Shown here: in pieces, positions 19,910 to 30,059 of the stretch
Layout of the letters: each line of letters begins with the position of its first letter
How positions within the stretch are numbered: position 1 is the stretch's first letter
NCBI GenBank assembly: GCA_963820825.1
Contig: CAWGBN010000002.1
Location: 1-64,000, forward strand
Length of the DNA stretch: 64,000 bases
From: Vulcanimicrobiota bacterium
GTDB lineage: Bacteria; Vulcanimicrobiota; Vulcanimicrobiia; Vulcanimicrobiales; Vulcanimicrobiaceae
Direction of reading: 5' to 3'
Notes under the pieces: generated by a model
Seen by the model: only the letters and a program-made list of their open reading frames with translations
What the model was told of the DNA's origin: nothing
Database searches by the model: none
Position numbers and translations under genes: made by a program

Positions 19910-20116
19910 GCCGGGCGACTTCGACAATCGTCGCATCTTCCCGTCGCACACATGTAGCAAAAAATGCCATCTTCTCACGGAAACCAGTGAAGCAATTTAA
20001 TGCTATTTATTGATGTTTAAGCCCGCCTGTTCGTGGGAATAACATCCCATTACCCATGACGGTCATCTCTTCGTTTCGAACGACCAGCTGGCTATTCCGG
20101 TCACGCCCGAACTTAC

Positions 20117-22117
20117 TCACCCGCCGGGAACGAGATATCGATCGAACCACTCGAGCGTTTGATTGAGAATGTCGATTTGATTCGCAATCTTCCTCGGACC
20201 GTGTCCCTCGTCTGCGTAGACGATCAACTTGGTCGGAACGCCGAGCGTCACCATGGCGTGCCAGAACTCGAAGGCCTGCGGCGCCGGAACCTCTTCGTCG
20301 CGCTCGCCCTGCAGAATGAGCACGGGCGTTTTCGACTGTGTAATAAACGTAATCGGTGAGCTCCGCGCGTAGACCGCCGGATCTTGGTAGACCGACGCGC
20401 CAAAGAACGGAATCATCCATTGATCGATCTTGTTCTGCCCGTAGTACGATTGCCAGTTCACGATCCCGGCGCCCGCGACGATCGCCTTGAAGCGCGTCGT
20501 CTGCGTCTCGGCCCACATTCCCATGTAGCCGCCGTAGCTCCAGCCCATCAAGCCTAAACGATTCGGATCGATTGGCGCGGCTTTGAGCGCGGCATCGACG
20601 CCGGTTACGTCGTCACGCCAGTCGCCGTAGCCGAAGTCCTTGACGTCGGCGCGCGTAAAGGCCTCGCCTTTACCGAAGCTGCCGCGCGGATTGGGCATGA
20701 AAACGAAGTAACCTTGCGATGCGAGCGCGCTGAGATTGCGGCCTCCGAATGACGGAACGGTCTCCGCGGAGGGTCCGCCATGGATCATCGTGACCATCGG
20801 GTAGCGCGCGTGCGGATCGTAGTTCAGCGGATAGATCAGCCAGCCCTGAACCGTGAATCCGTCGTTCTGCCACTGCAGTGAGACCGCCTTACCGTAGAGA
20901 TGCGTCGCGCCGGCGTTACTCGAGCTGATTTGCCGAAGTGCGGAAGGCGGTCCGGCCCAGACCTCGGGCGGCTCGGCGAACGAGGCTCGTACCAGCGCAA
21001 CGCTCGCGCCGCCGCCGGCGCTGGCCCAACTCCAGAGCGACTCCTCGCGGTCGGTCAAGGACGTGAGCGCGGATTGACCGCTCGTTGGAATGTCGAGGCG
21101 CATCAGGCGCATCGAGCCCGAGACGTGCGCGACCAGATCGATGCTCTTGGCATCGTTCCAGCGCAGCGACTGCACCGAGACCGGCGCACCGTCGGTGACG
21201 TCAACCGGCGCGCCGCTTCGAGCGTCGACGAGATAGACGTCGCCTCCGGTCGAACCGAAGTCGCTCATGATTCCGCCGATAACGGCGATCCGGCTTCCAT
21301 CGGGCGACCATTGGGGATCGTCGATCTGATACGGCGGCGAAAGCAGGTCGTGCATCGTTCCGCTCGCGGCGTCGATGCGCGCGAGCCGCGCGATCCACCA
21401 GTTGTTGTCGCCATTGCCGTTCGCGTAGGTCACCGCGATCTCACCGCCATCGGGCGACCAACCATACTCGTAGACGTACGCATCTGCCGGCGAGATAAAC
21501 CGAACTGCGCCGCGGGCCGGATCGACCGTCGCGAGGCGTTGCTCGTCGACCTCGCTCCCGATGACGCCGACGTCGCGCGCGCCGGGAGCGAGTGCGCCCG
21601 CGAGCCGGTGCGCCGCGGCGATGTAGAGAACGGCGAGCAGCTTTCCGTTGGGCGACCACGTGAGCCGCTGCACGTCGCCTTTGAACTGCGCAATCTGCCG
21701 GACCGATTGCCCGCTCGCGTCGGCAACGAAGAGCTGGAGCTGCCCTTTGGTCTGCGCGTCGGAGAGAAAGGCGATCTTGCGCCCGTCGGGCGACCAGACC
21801 GGATTCTCCTCCATATAGTTACCGCTGCGATTGCCTGCGGTCAAACGAATCGGCGAAGCGTTGCCCGCGACTTGCCCGACGTAGAGCGCGCCGTAGGCCG
21901 GCGATTGCAGCAGGTTGTTCGGATCGTGGTACTCCTCTTGCCACGCAACCGCTTGGCCATTGGGCGAAAGATCGACGCCCTTGAGGTCGCGCACGCGATA
22001 ACTCGCTGTTAAGACGTCCCGCATCGAGGGTGCGGCGGTGGCCGTCGTCACCGCGCCCGCGCAGCACGCAACGGTCAGTACGATCGCGAGCGACGGAATC
22101 CGAAGCATTCTTGCCAT
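20117..22117 (-). CDS. secreted S9 family peptidase
   Basis: signal peptide, WSPDG repeats, IHGGP, GWSYGG, GERD, EGHG. Confidence 0.93.
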   Translation of the reverse strand: MARMLRIPSLAIVLTVACCAGAVTTATAAPSMRDVLTASYRVRDLKGVDLSPNGQAVAWQEEYHDPNNLLQSPAYGALYVGQVAGNASPIRLTAGNRSGNYMEENPVWSPDGRKIAFLSDAQTKGQLQLFVADASGQSVRQIAQFKGDVQRLTWSPNGKLLAVLYIAAAHRLAGALAPGARDVGVIGSEVDEQRLATVDPARGAVRFISPADAYVYEYGWSPDGGEIAVTYANGNGDNNWWIARLARIDAASGTMHDLLSPPYQIDDPQWSPDGSRIAVIGGIMSDFGSTGGDVYLVDARSGAPVDVTDGAPVSVQSLRWNDAKSIDLVAHVSGSMRLMRLDIPTSGQSALTSLTDREESLWSWASAGGGASVALVRASFAEPPEVWAGPPSALRQISSSNAGATHLYGKAVSLQWQNDGFTVQGWLIYPLNYDPHARYPMVTMIHGGPSAETVPSFGGRNLSALASQGYFVFMPNPRGSFGKGEAFTRADVKDFGYGDWRDDVTGVDAALKAAPIDPNRLGLMGWSYGGYMGMWAETQTTRFKAIVAGAGIVNWQSYYGQNKIDQWMIPFFGASVYQDPAVYARSSPITFITQSKTPVLILQGERDEEVPAPQAFEFWHAMVTLGVPTKLIVYADEGHGPRKIANQIDILNQTLEWFDRYLVPGG

Positions 22118-22123
22118 GTCGCT

Positions 22124-22420
22124 CTATCCTCCGGCCATCGCGCCAACGACCAGAAATGGTTCGCCGCCCTCGGCGACCGCGCGCGGCAGCGGAGCATCGG
22201 GTCGCTCGTGCGATAGGTCGCGTTCGCAGGCAAAGAACCGCACGTAGGCGCGCCGCTTCTTGGTAACTTGATCGCGAACGGTGCCTTTCAATGCGGGATA
22301 CCGCGACTCGAGCGCGTCGAGCAACGATTGCATCGTCGCCTCTCCCTCGACCTCGAGCCGCACCTCGCCTTCGACCCGCGCGAGCGTACGCAAATGCGCG
22401 GGCAGAAGCACGCGGATCAT
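22124..22420 (-). CDS. MoaD/ThiS family ubiquitin-like protein
   Basis: VRVLLP-like N-terminus, C-terminal AMAGG di-glycine. Confidence 0.9.
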   Translation of the reverse strand: MIRVLLPAHLRTLARVEGEVRLEVEGEATMQSLLDALESRYPALKGTVRDQVTKKRRAYVRFFACERDLSHERPDAPLPRAVAEGGEPFLVVGAMAGG

Positions 22421-23532
22421 GCGAGCGTCTGCACTTCCACGGAGAGCACTGCCGGCAGATCGTGAACGATTGCATTCCACGTTTTACCCGAGTCCGGCGA
22501 GACGTAGACCTGACCGCCGGTCGTGCCGAAGTAGATGCCACATGAATCGAGCGAATCGACCGCCATCGCATCGCGCAGCACGTTCACGTAGCAGTTGCGT
22601 TGCGGCAGACCGTTGGTCAGCGCCTCCCACTCGTTGCCGCCGGTGCGGCTGCGATAGACGCGCAGTTGCCCATCGATCGGGAAGTGCTCGGAATCGCTCT
22701 TGATCGGAACGACGTAAATCGTCTCGGGCTCGTGCGCGTGAACGTCGATTGGAAAACCGAAGTCGGTCGGCAGATTTCCGCTCACCTCGCGCCACGACTC
22801 GCCCGCATCGTCGCTGCGCATCACGTCCCAATGCTTCTGCATGAAGAGCGCGTCCGAGTTCGCCGGATGCATCGCGATGCGGTGGACGCAATGCCCCACC
22901 TCCGCCTCCTGCTGGGGAATACCGTTCGACTTGAGGCCGCGGTTGATCGGGCGCCAGCTCCGGCCCGCGTCGTCGCTGCGAAAGGCGCCGGCCGCCGAGA
23001 TCGCAGTGAAGATGCGGTTCGGATTCTGTGGATCGAGAACGATCGTATGGAGGCACATCCCTCCCGCGCCGGGCTGCCACGAGCCCGCCGAGGGATGCGT
23101 CCGAAGTCCCGAGAGCTCTTCCCAGTTTTGGCCGCCGTCGGTCGAACGAAAGAGTGCCGCATCTTCGGCGCCGGCGTAGACGAGATCGCGATCGCTCAAC
23201 GACGGTTCAAAATGCCAGACGCGCGCGAACTCCCACGGATGCGGCGTACCGTCGTACCAAAGATGCGTACCGGGCGTTCCATCGTAGACGAAGCGATTTC
23301 CAACCGGCGCCCAGGTGCGGCCGCCGTCGTCGGAGCGCTGAACGACCTGTCCGAACCAACTCGACGACTGCGAGGCGTAAATCCGATTCGGATCGACGGG
23401 AGAGGCCTTGACGTGGTAGACCTCCCAGCCGGCGAAATATGGGCCGTCAACGTTCCACGCTTCCCGCTTTCCGTCCGACTCGAGGACGAATGCGCCTTTG
23501 CGCGTGCCGACTAAGACGCGTACGGAACTCAT
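22417..23532 (-). CDS. BNR/Asp-box beta-propeller (sialidase-like) protein
   Basis: [10 protein letters not shown] start; repeated S.D.G.(T/S)W Asp-boxes. Confidence 0.88.
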   Translation of the reverse strand: MSSVRVLVGTRKGAFVLESDGKREAWNVDGPYFAGWEVYHVKASPVDPNRIYASQSSSWFGQVVQRSDDGGRTWAPVGNRFVYDGTPGTHLWYDGTPHPWEFARVWHFEPSLSDRDLVYAGAEDAALFRSTDGGQNWEELSGLRTHPSAGSWQPGAGGMCLHTIVLDPQNPNRIFTAISAAGAFRSDDAGRSWRPINRGLKSNGIPQQEAEVGHCVHRIAMHPANSDALFMQKHWDVMRSDDAGESWREVSGNLPTDFGFPIDVHAHEPETIYVVPIKSDSEHFPIDGQLRVYRSRTGGNEWEALTNGLPQRNCYVNVLRDAMAVDSLDSCGIYFGTTGGQVYVSPDSGKTWNAIVHDLPAVLSVEVQTLA

Positions 23533-23882
23533 GTGGATGCCAGCGGCGATGGGTGTTGGGGCTGGTAGAGGGCGAGGTGCTCGCCGCCGGGGAGTATCAA
23601 CGTCGTCAGCAAGCCCCAACCTCGATCGGAAATTGGCCCGTCGGTTTCGATACCGCGCTCGGCGAGCTTGGCCACGACCGCCTCGACATCGTCGCACATC
23701 AAATAGACTTCGTGCTCCGGCTGGTCGTCGGTCGGATGAACCGCGATCTCCGTCGGAGGTGCGGCAAAGATGAGCCAGCCGCCGCCGGCATCGACCGAGC
23801 GCAGGCCCAGCACCTCGCCGAGAAATTGCCGCACCGCCTCGGCCTGCCGGCTAAAGAGAATCACGTGCATTCCGGTAATCAT
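23529..23882 (-). CDS. VOC/glyoxalase family protein
   Basis: [26 protein letters not shown]. Confidence 0.85.
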   Translation of the reverse strand: MITGMHVILFSRQAEAVRQFLGEVLGLRSVDAGGGWLIFAAPPTEIAVHPTDDQPEHEVYLMCDDVEAVVAKLAERGIETDGPISDRGWGLLTTLILPGGEHLALYQPQHPSPLAST

Positions 23883-23921
23883 CGCATCGGTACCTCGCGC
23901 ATAGGAGTACGCGGCCATTCT

Positions 23922-24164
23922 TTAGGCGCCCTTTGCATTCGCAGGGAGATCGATCGCGAAGCGCTTCTGCCGGCTGCGCGCGCCCCGCACCAGCTGCACC
24001 GCGCTCGGCGCGACGCCGTATGCAGCCGCGAGCGCTCGTATGCACGCCGCGTTTGCGGCGTCGTCGATCGCCCGTTCGCGCACGCGCACGACCAACGCTC
24101 CATCCGCTTCCACGATTCCCGGCTGCTTCGAGCCCGGCTTGCAGGTAACGTCGACGATTCTCAC
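23922..24164 (-). CDS. DUF167 (YggU) family protein
   Basis: KPGSK, AANAA, LVRGARSRQK. Confidence 0.85.
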   Translation of the reverse strand: MRIVDVTCKPGSKQPGIVEADGALVVRVRERAIDDAANAACIRALAAAYGVAPSAVQLVRGARSRQKRFAIDLPANAKGA

Positions 24165-24274
24165 AGCCGGCGCCCAATGCCGTCGCTGAGCGATCCGAGT
24201 CGCTCGACGCTGCGTCCGGCGATTTCGTTGTAGGATTCGGAAGGTAACATCGGCCTCTCCGCGGAGTATTCGCC

Positions 24275-25210
24275 ATGAACCGATTGCCTTCTTGGATTCG
24301 AGCGTGCGGCCTATTCACGGTCGCGACCTTTACCGCCGGCTGCAGCGGCCTCGGGTCGCAAACGAATCTTCCGCCCGCAGTACCGTCGTCTACAGCATCG
24401 CAACCCGCCGTGCACGGTGCGCTTCTCTACGTCTCCGATACCGCCACCAGCGAAGTCTACGTCTTCTCCTATCCGAAGGGGAAGCTTCTCCAGTCGCTGA
24501 CCGGCTTCGAAGAACCCGGGGGCGAGTGCGTCGACAAGAGCGGAGACGTCTTTATCACCAACACCGGTGGAAGCAACATCATCGAATACGCGCACGGCGG
24601 CAGCACGCCGGTTAAGACGTTGAAGGACACGGGGTGGTTTCCCATCGGCTGCTCCGTCGACCCCGCCACCGGGAACCTCGCGGTCACGAACTTCTCCTCG
24701 AGCAGCAGCGGCGCGGGTAACGTCGTCATCTATAAGCACGCCAAGGGCCGTCCAACCGGACACTACATGGATGCCGCGATGCCGAACATGCTGCTCTGCA
24801 GCTACGACGGCGCGAGCAATCTCTTCCTCGACGGCCTAACGCAAGGCAGCGCTTTTACCTTCGCCGAGCTGCGTCACGGGGCGACGAAGCTGACGAATAT
24901 TTCCGTCGACCAGAGCATCGGTAGCGCCGGCGGTGTCGCGTGGGACGGCAAGTACGTTGCCGTCGGCGACCAAACGACGAACACGATCTATCAGTTCAGC
25001 GTTTCCGGAAAGCACGCGACCAAGGCCGGCTCGACGGTGCTGGGCGGCGCAACCGAGGTCTTTCAGTTCTGGATCGACGGCACGAAAGTGATCGGTCCCG
25101 ATGCGCTCGGCAGCGACGTCGGAATCTGGGACTATCCGGGCGGAGGTTCGGCAACCAAAATCATCGAGGGTCTCTACGCGCCATTAGGGGCGGTCGTCAG
25201 CAACGGCTAG
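24275..25210 (+). CDS. beta-propeller lipoprotein, paralogue of 18684-19703
   Basis: lipobox TAGC; LLYVSD, GECVDKSGDVFITN, GCSVDPATGNLAVTN, GGVAWDGKYVAVGD. Confidence 0.85.
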   Translation: MNRLPSWIRACGLFTVATFTAGCSGLGSQTNLPPAVPSSTASQPAVHGALLYVSDTATSEVYVFSYPKGKLLQSLTGFEEPGGECVDKSGDVFITNTGGSNIIEYAHGGSTPVKTLKDTGWFPIGCSVDPATGNLAVTNFSSSSSGAGNVVIYKHAKGRPTGHYMDAAMPNMLLCSYDGASNLFLDGLTQGSAFTFAELRHGATKLTNISVDQSIGSAGGVAWDGKYVAVGDQTTNTIYQFSVSGKHATKAGSTVLGGATEVFQFWIDGTKVIGPDALGSDVGIWDYPGGGSATKIIEGLYAPLGAVVSNG

Positions 25211-25452
25211 GTAGAGGCGCGTTGGGCCGTGTAGCGAAACTGCCCCGGCTGCCAGGCACAGATGCTGCCGTCGTTCATAGCAAACGATTCGAAGCCATCG
25301 ACCTCGGGGTTAAAGTCTTCGTTGAGGCGCTTGGTTGCCGGCCAGTTGACGGCGGCTTCTTGACGCGCCGCACCGCGCGCCTTCGAGTTTGAGAACTGGC
25401 GATCTTTCACCAGCGCGTTGAGCGCCGAAGCCAGCCTTTTCGCGTCATCCAT
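25207..25452 (-). CDS. hypothetical protein
   Basis: start overlaps the cyclophilin stop; plausible composition. Confidence 0.55.
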   Translation of the reverse strand: MDDAKRLASALNALVKDRQFSNSKARGAARQEAAVNWPATKRLNEDFNPEVDGFESFAMNDGSICAWQPGQFRYTAQRAST

Positions 25453-25942
25453 TATCGGGGAGCGCCTCGACCTTCACGCCGGTCATGACGTCCCCGCGCC
25501 GGATTGCATCGAGCGCTTCGAAGCCATCCGTCATTTGCCCGAAGACCGTATACTGCCGATCGAGAAACGGCGCATCGTCGAGGCAGATGTAGAACTGCGA
25601 GCCGGCAGAGTCGGGATTGGAGGCGCGAGCCATTGCGACGGTTCCGCGCCGGTGCGCGCGCGCGTTGAACTCGGCTTTGAGCTTGTAGCCGGGCCCTCCC
25701 GTTCCATCGCCCCGCGGGTCGCCGCCTTGAACGACGAAACCGGGTTCGACCCGGTGAAACGCGAGCCCATTGTAAAAACCGGCCTCGGCGAGCTTCATGA
25801 ATGCGGCCACGTGCAGCGGCGCGTCGTCGGGAAAGAACGTGAAGACGATGTCGCCGTGAGCCGTGGCGATGCGGACGCGCGAGCGGCGCGCTCGTTCGGA
25901 ATATTCGCTCAGCTCGGATGGTTGCGGCGGAACGTTTGGCAT
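25445..25942 (-). CDS. cyclophilin-type peptidyl-prolyl isomerase
   Basis: FYNGLAFHRV, FVVQGGDP, AMAR, SAGSQFYI, LDRQYTVFG. Confidence 0.95.
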   Translation of the reverse strand: MPNVPPQPSELSEYSERARRSRVRIATAHGDIVFTFFPDDAPLHVAAFMKLAEAGFYNGLAFHRVEPGFVVQGGDPRGDGTGGPGYKLKAEFNARAHRRGTVAMARASNPDSAGSQFYICLDDAPFLDRQYTVFGQMTDGFEALDAIRRGDVMTGVKVEALPDNG

Positions 25943-26148
25943 GCTTGCACCTTGTGCATCGAGACGCCAAAGGCCTCGTCGTATCCTGAGAAACGCCTGA
26001 GACAAAGAGTTCTAAGAGGCATCAAAAATAGCTCAAGCCGCGCTTGACGCACTTTTGAGTTTTCTTCTATTGCCGCGCTGCACGCCTCGGGAGCACGCTT
26101 GCACTTAGGGTGTTTACCTTAGTCTTGAAAGTTCGAGGTTAACCAATC

Positions 26149-26517
26149 ATGGCAAGAATACTCTCGCTGCGAGGCGCCCTGGTTCTGTTCGGCATGCTTG
26201 CTGCGTTTATGGGCCAGGCAGGTTGGGCCGCGGCCGGCACGCTCGGCGGAATCGGCGGCATCGTGACCGATGCGAAGAGCGGAGCACCGATCGCTGGAGC
26301 GCACGTGCAGATAAGCTCGCCGTCCCAAGTGGTAACGGTGACGACCGACGTGCACGGGCATTACATCGCCTTCTCGCTGCAACCCGACGATTATACGTTG
26401 ACCGCGCAGAAGGACGGATACGAAACTCAATCGTTCTCCGGGTACAGCGTTAGCGCGGACCAAACACAGCTGTACGATCTGCGGCTGGAGCCGGGCTCTA
26501 CGGCAAACTCAGGGTAA
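26149..26517 (+). CDS. secreted stand-alone carboxypeptidase-regulatory-like domain protein
   Basis: signal peptide; GIVTD...GAPIAGAHV...TTD..G.Y....LQPDDYTLTAQKDGY. Confidence 0.8.
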   Translation: MARILSLRGALVLFGMLAAFMGQAGWAAAGTLGGIGGIVTDAKSGAPIAGAHVQISSPSQVVTVTTDVHGHYIAFSLQPDDYTLTAQKDGYETQSFSGYSVSADQTQLYDLRLEPGSTANSG

Positions 26518-26599
26518 CGTACCGGACGGCGCAACGGAAACGGTCACGCCCGGAGCGCCGCCCCTTCATCGGCGTGCCGCCCTGCGGATACCGTGCGCT

Positions 26600-27050
26600 A
26601 CGGTGTCAGCGCGTAGACCGTTCCGCAGCTTTTCCGCCTTGCCTGGAGCATCCCGGTCCGCCGCCGCTTTCGGTTGTCCCGTACAACGTACCATTCACGA
26701 TCAGAAGGCCCGCAAATGGAGCCGCTCCATCCTTACCGCCTTTGAAGCTGTGCAACACCGTCACCGACTCGCTCGGCGTAATTGCGTGAACCGTGCCAAA
26801 TCCCGATGCGCCGCCAAGCAAAGCGGTGCCGTAGAGTGTACCGTTTAGACCGTTGAGCAGACCGGCCGACGGATTGCCGCCATCGCTGCCTCCGGTGAAG
26901 CTGTAGAGCATGTGCTCCGAGCCCGATGTGCTGATACGGTAAACCGTTCCATAGGTGGATGGCCGCCGTAGGTGGTCGTGCCGCGCCGTCGGATCCACCT
27001 GCGAAGGAGTATAAGAGTAGCCCTGCGCCTCGCCCACGCTTTCGCAAGCG
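26600..27050 (-). pseudogene. truncated, frameshifted GloVer-type repeat protein remnant
   Basis: GLLNGLNGTLYGT, GLLIVNGTLYGTT and CGTVYALTP* in shifting frames; no N-terminus. Confidence 0.65.
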
Positions 27051-27317
27051 CACTGGATGAGGTAGCGACGCTCGTGACTAACACCGCGCCTTAAGTAGTA
27101 CAACGCCATCCTGCAACAGGCGCGAGCAAAACGAAAACCCTGCGGCGCAACAACCGTCGGCGGCTCTGGTACGCGCTCAATGCGCTGGTTCTCGGCTCGA
27201 TCATGGCGCTGCGACGCGATCCGCGGAACGGGCGAACGACCAAACACAGGGCGTGGTTCAGCTTGGTCGGAAAGTGTTCAGGCAGCCGATCTAGAGCCGA
27301 CCGGGAGCACCTACAAA

Positions 27318-28637
27318 ATGAAGATTCTTGACTCGATCCGATTCTCACTCTGTTATGGCGCGGCTGCTCTGGCGCTTTCGAGCTGCGGAGGGCTGCTGCT
27401 CCCCGTCGGGGCGCCAAGCGTGAAGCAGCAAAGCGCAGAACTCGCAGGTCCTTCGACATCGTATCACGTGGTGTATGCCTTCGGCGGCGACCACGATGGC
27501 GTGCACCCATATGCAGGTTTGCTCAACGTAAACGGCACGCTATACGGCACGACTATTCAAGGCGGCGCGGATCGTTGTGGCGCAAAGGGGAAGTCTTGCG
27601 GAACGGTCTTCAGCGTTACGGCGGCCGGCAAGGAGCATGTGCTTTACCGCTTCAACGGCTCTTCCGGCTCTTTCCCGAGGGCCAGTTTGGTCGACATAAA
27701 AGGCATACTGTACGGCACAACGAGCGGCGGCGGCCCGCACGGTGACGGAACGGTCTTTAGCGTTACGACAGCCGGCAACGAGAAGGTACTCCACAGTTTC
27801 GGTGGCGGCTCCGACGGAATGGGGCCGGTTGCAAACTTGCTCGACGTGGACGGCACGTTGTACGGTACAACAACCGGCGGCGGCGCGAACAACGGTGGAA
27901 CGCTCTTCAGCGTTACCACAACCGGCAAAGAGAAGGTGCTGCACGGCTTCGGCGGCGTCTCCGACGGATCGAACCCGTCGGCCGGCTTAATCAACGTGAA
28001 CGGCACGCTCTATGGTACAACTTATAACGGTGGCTTGGGCTGCGCCGGAAGTTACGGTTGCGGAATCGTTTTTAAAATAGCGACGACCGGCAAAGAGAAG
28101 GTGCTGCACCGCTTCAGTGGTGGCTCCGACGGAGCGCATCCGCAGGGGAGCTTGATCGACGTGAACGGAGAGCTGTACGGCACGACTACCGGCGGCGGCT
28201 CAGGATGCGGCAGTAGCGGGACTGGTTGCGGGACCGTCTTCGGCATTACGACGGACGGCAAGGAAAAAGTACTGTACAGCTTTTTCAGTAACGGCTCGGA
28301 AGACGGGTTCAGTCCAACAGCCGGCCTGATCAATGTCAAGGGCACCCTCTACGGCACGACGGAGGTCGGCGGGACACATTATGTCGGAACGTTGTTTAGC
28401 GTTACATTGACCGGCAGAGAGAAGGTGCTGTACAGCTTCTCGGGCGCGGTCACCGATGGTGCAGACCCGCTCGCGGGTCTAATCGATGTGAATGGCACGC
28501 TGTACGGAACGACATCCTCGGGCGGTTCTTACAAGAGCTGTGGAACCGTCTTCGCATTCAGTCTTCACCGTCAGCTGCACTCGTTAACGTTCATGACCCA
28601 GTCCACGCCCCTGGTGCGTTTTCGGTGCGATGTTTGA
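27318..28637 (+). CDS. lipoprotein with about seven GloVer-type (GL..V.GTLYGTT) beta-propeller repeats
   Basis: lipobox LSSC; repeated P.AGLINVNGTLYGTT..GG...GTVFS...GKEKVL. Confidence 0.88.
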   Translation: MKILDSIRFSLCYGAAALALSSCGGLLLPVGAPSVKQQSAELAGPSTSYHVVYAFGGDHDGVHPYAGLLNVNGTLYGTTIQGGADRCGAKGKSCGTVFSVTAAGKEHVLYRFNGSSGSFPRASLVDIKGILYGTTSGGGPHGDGTVFSVTTAGNEKVLHSFGGGSDGMGPVANLLDVDGTLYGTTTGGGANNGGTLFSVTTTGKEKVLHGFGGVSDGSNPSAGLINVNGTLYGTTYNGGLGCAGSYGCGIVFKIATTGKEKVLHRFSGGSDGAHPQGSLIDVNGELYGTTTGGGSGCGSSGTGCGTVFGITTDGKEKVLYSFFSNGSEDGFSPTAGLINVKGTLYGTTEVGGTHYVGTLFSVTLTGREKVLYSFSGAVTDGADPLAGLIDVNGTLYGTTSSGGSYKSCGTVFAFSLHRQLHSLTFMTQSTPLVRFRCDV

Positions 28638-28700
28638 AAAACCCGCGAAGGCCGACTTGGGCTGAAGCGAAAACCCTTACAGCGTAAGGGCCCTTCGTTA

Positions 28701-28773
28701 TGGAGATGAGGGGGCTCGAACCCCTGACCCCCTGCTTGCAAAGCAGGTGCTCTACCAGCTGAGCTACATCCCC
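28701..28773 (-). tRNA. tRNA-Ala(TGC)
   Basis: GGGGATG...CATCTCC-A with G3:U70, anticodon loop TTTGCAA; CCA not encoded. Confidence 0.96.
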
Positions 28774-28900
28774 GCGGCGCCTTAGCTTGTTTCCCTATTG
28801 CCGTTTGCCCTTCGCCGCTCATGCCTCCCCCGGCTGGCGCTAGCGAAGGATTCCGAGCCGCACCGTAATGAATAGCCCGGGTCGCAGCGGACGCGCCTGT

Positions 28901-28976
28901 GGGGGCATAGCTCAGCTGGTAGAGCATTACGCTGGCAGCGTAAGGGTCAGGAGTTCGAGTCTCCTTGCCTCCACCA
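28901..28976 (+). tRNA. tRNA-Ala(GGC)
   Basis: GGGGGCA...TGCCTCC-ACCA with G3:U70, anticodon arm TTACG-CTGGCAG-CGTAA. Confidence 0.96.
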
Positions 28977-29032
28977 AAGAACCCGCGACGAACCTAAACG
29001 CTGCTCGCGGCGATCATCCTCTTGAAGATCTG

Positions 29033-30031
29033 CTAGAAGACCTGCCCGTTACTTAGCGCGACGCCCTCAAGCTGGCCAGGAACCTGATCGAGTACCGTCC
29101 ACGTCGAACCTTTCGTCAGCGGATATGGCGTGACGTACAGATTCCTATTCTCAAACGACCCGACGAAGAGTTCGCTTTCGTCTGCCGTGATCGCGATTTG
29201 AGTCGGATCGCTCCCGGTAGGAAGTTTGACGCGAAACTTCGGTCGCGTTTTACCCGGTCGAAAGAGCGCAACTACTCTCTCGCGCGCAGAGGTCTCTGCA
29301 ACCAGAATATTGCCTTCGTTGTCGACGATGAGGCCCTGCGGCTGATGAACTTTCATGCCGAGAACCTGGCCTTGCGACGAACCCGGCGCGAACTTCTCGA
29401 CGCTGCCCAATCCGTTACGCTTTGTCGCGCCACGATATGCGACGTAGAGATTTCCCTGCTGGTCGAAATCCATGCCGTCGGCCTCCGTTCCGGGCGTCTG
29501 CAGCACCTGATGCGCACTCGTGCTTCCCACCAAGAACTCGACGACCGTTCCGCCTTTGGTGCCGTTAGCGTTGCCGGCGAAGACGTCCCCGTTTTGATCG
29601 GCGATCACGTAGAGCGGCCGATAGAGGTCTTGCGAATACGTGGCAGATGGATCCACGGAACCCGGAGGGTACACGGTCACCTTACCGCTTGAGTTGGCGA
29701 CGTAGAGATTACCGTTCTTGTCGACCCACAAGCCCCATGGCTCAGAGATGCCGTTCATAATTTTTCCTATCGGCGCTTGATTCGTGCCGAGTTCGGGGTA
29801 GATCAGAACCTCGTCATCGCTTTCAACTGCCGCGTACACCAGCGGGCCGCTCGTGCCGTTACGCACTGCAAGCGAAAGCCATCCCGGAGCGATCGGCCCT
29901 CTCCGCGGGGTTGGAGCCGGACTGCCGTCAACGACTGGGAGCTCGGGATTTTGCGAAGCTTGATTGCCCGCCGAGCATCCGGCTAGGAGTGCCGCGACGG
30001 TAATCCAGAGCACCGAAACAAAAGGACGCAT
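29033..30031 (-). CDS. NHL-repeat-like beta-propeller lipoprotein
   Basis: lipobox LAGC; PWGLWVDKNGNLYVAN, GMDFDQQGNLYV, PQGLIVD. Confidence 0.85.
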   Translation of the reverse strand: MRPFVSVLWITVAALLAGCSAGNQASQNPELPVVDGSPAPTPRRGPIAPGWLSLAVRNGTSGPLVYAAVESDDEVLIYPELGTNQAPIGKIMNGISEPWGLWVDKNGNLYVANSSGKVTVYPPGSVDPSATYSQDLYRPLYVIADQNGDVFAGNANGTKGGTVVEFLVGSTSAHQVLQTPGTEADGMDFDQQGNLYVAYRGATKRNGLGSVEKFAPGSSQGQVLGMKVHQPQGLIVDNEGNILVAETSARERVVALFRPGKTRPKFRVKLPTGSDPTQIAITADESELFVGSFENRNLYVTPYPLTKGSTWTVLDQVPGQLEGVALSNGQVF

Positions 30032-30059
30032 GATGTTCTGCTCCTTCCTCGGTATCATT

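Noticed and set aside
27240..27312. GGTCGG...CCGACC stem upstream of the GloVer lipoprotein as a possible c-di-GMP riboswitch
   Set aside because: I could not match the conserved internal motifs of class I or II. An Infernal/Rfam scan would be needed.
27318..28637. Roughly 150-bp periodic repeats as a CRISPR array or DGR template
   Set aside because: They are degenerate in-frame protein repeats with no identical repeats, spacers, cas genes or reverse transcriptase.
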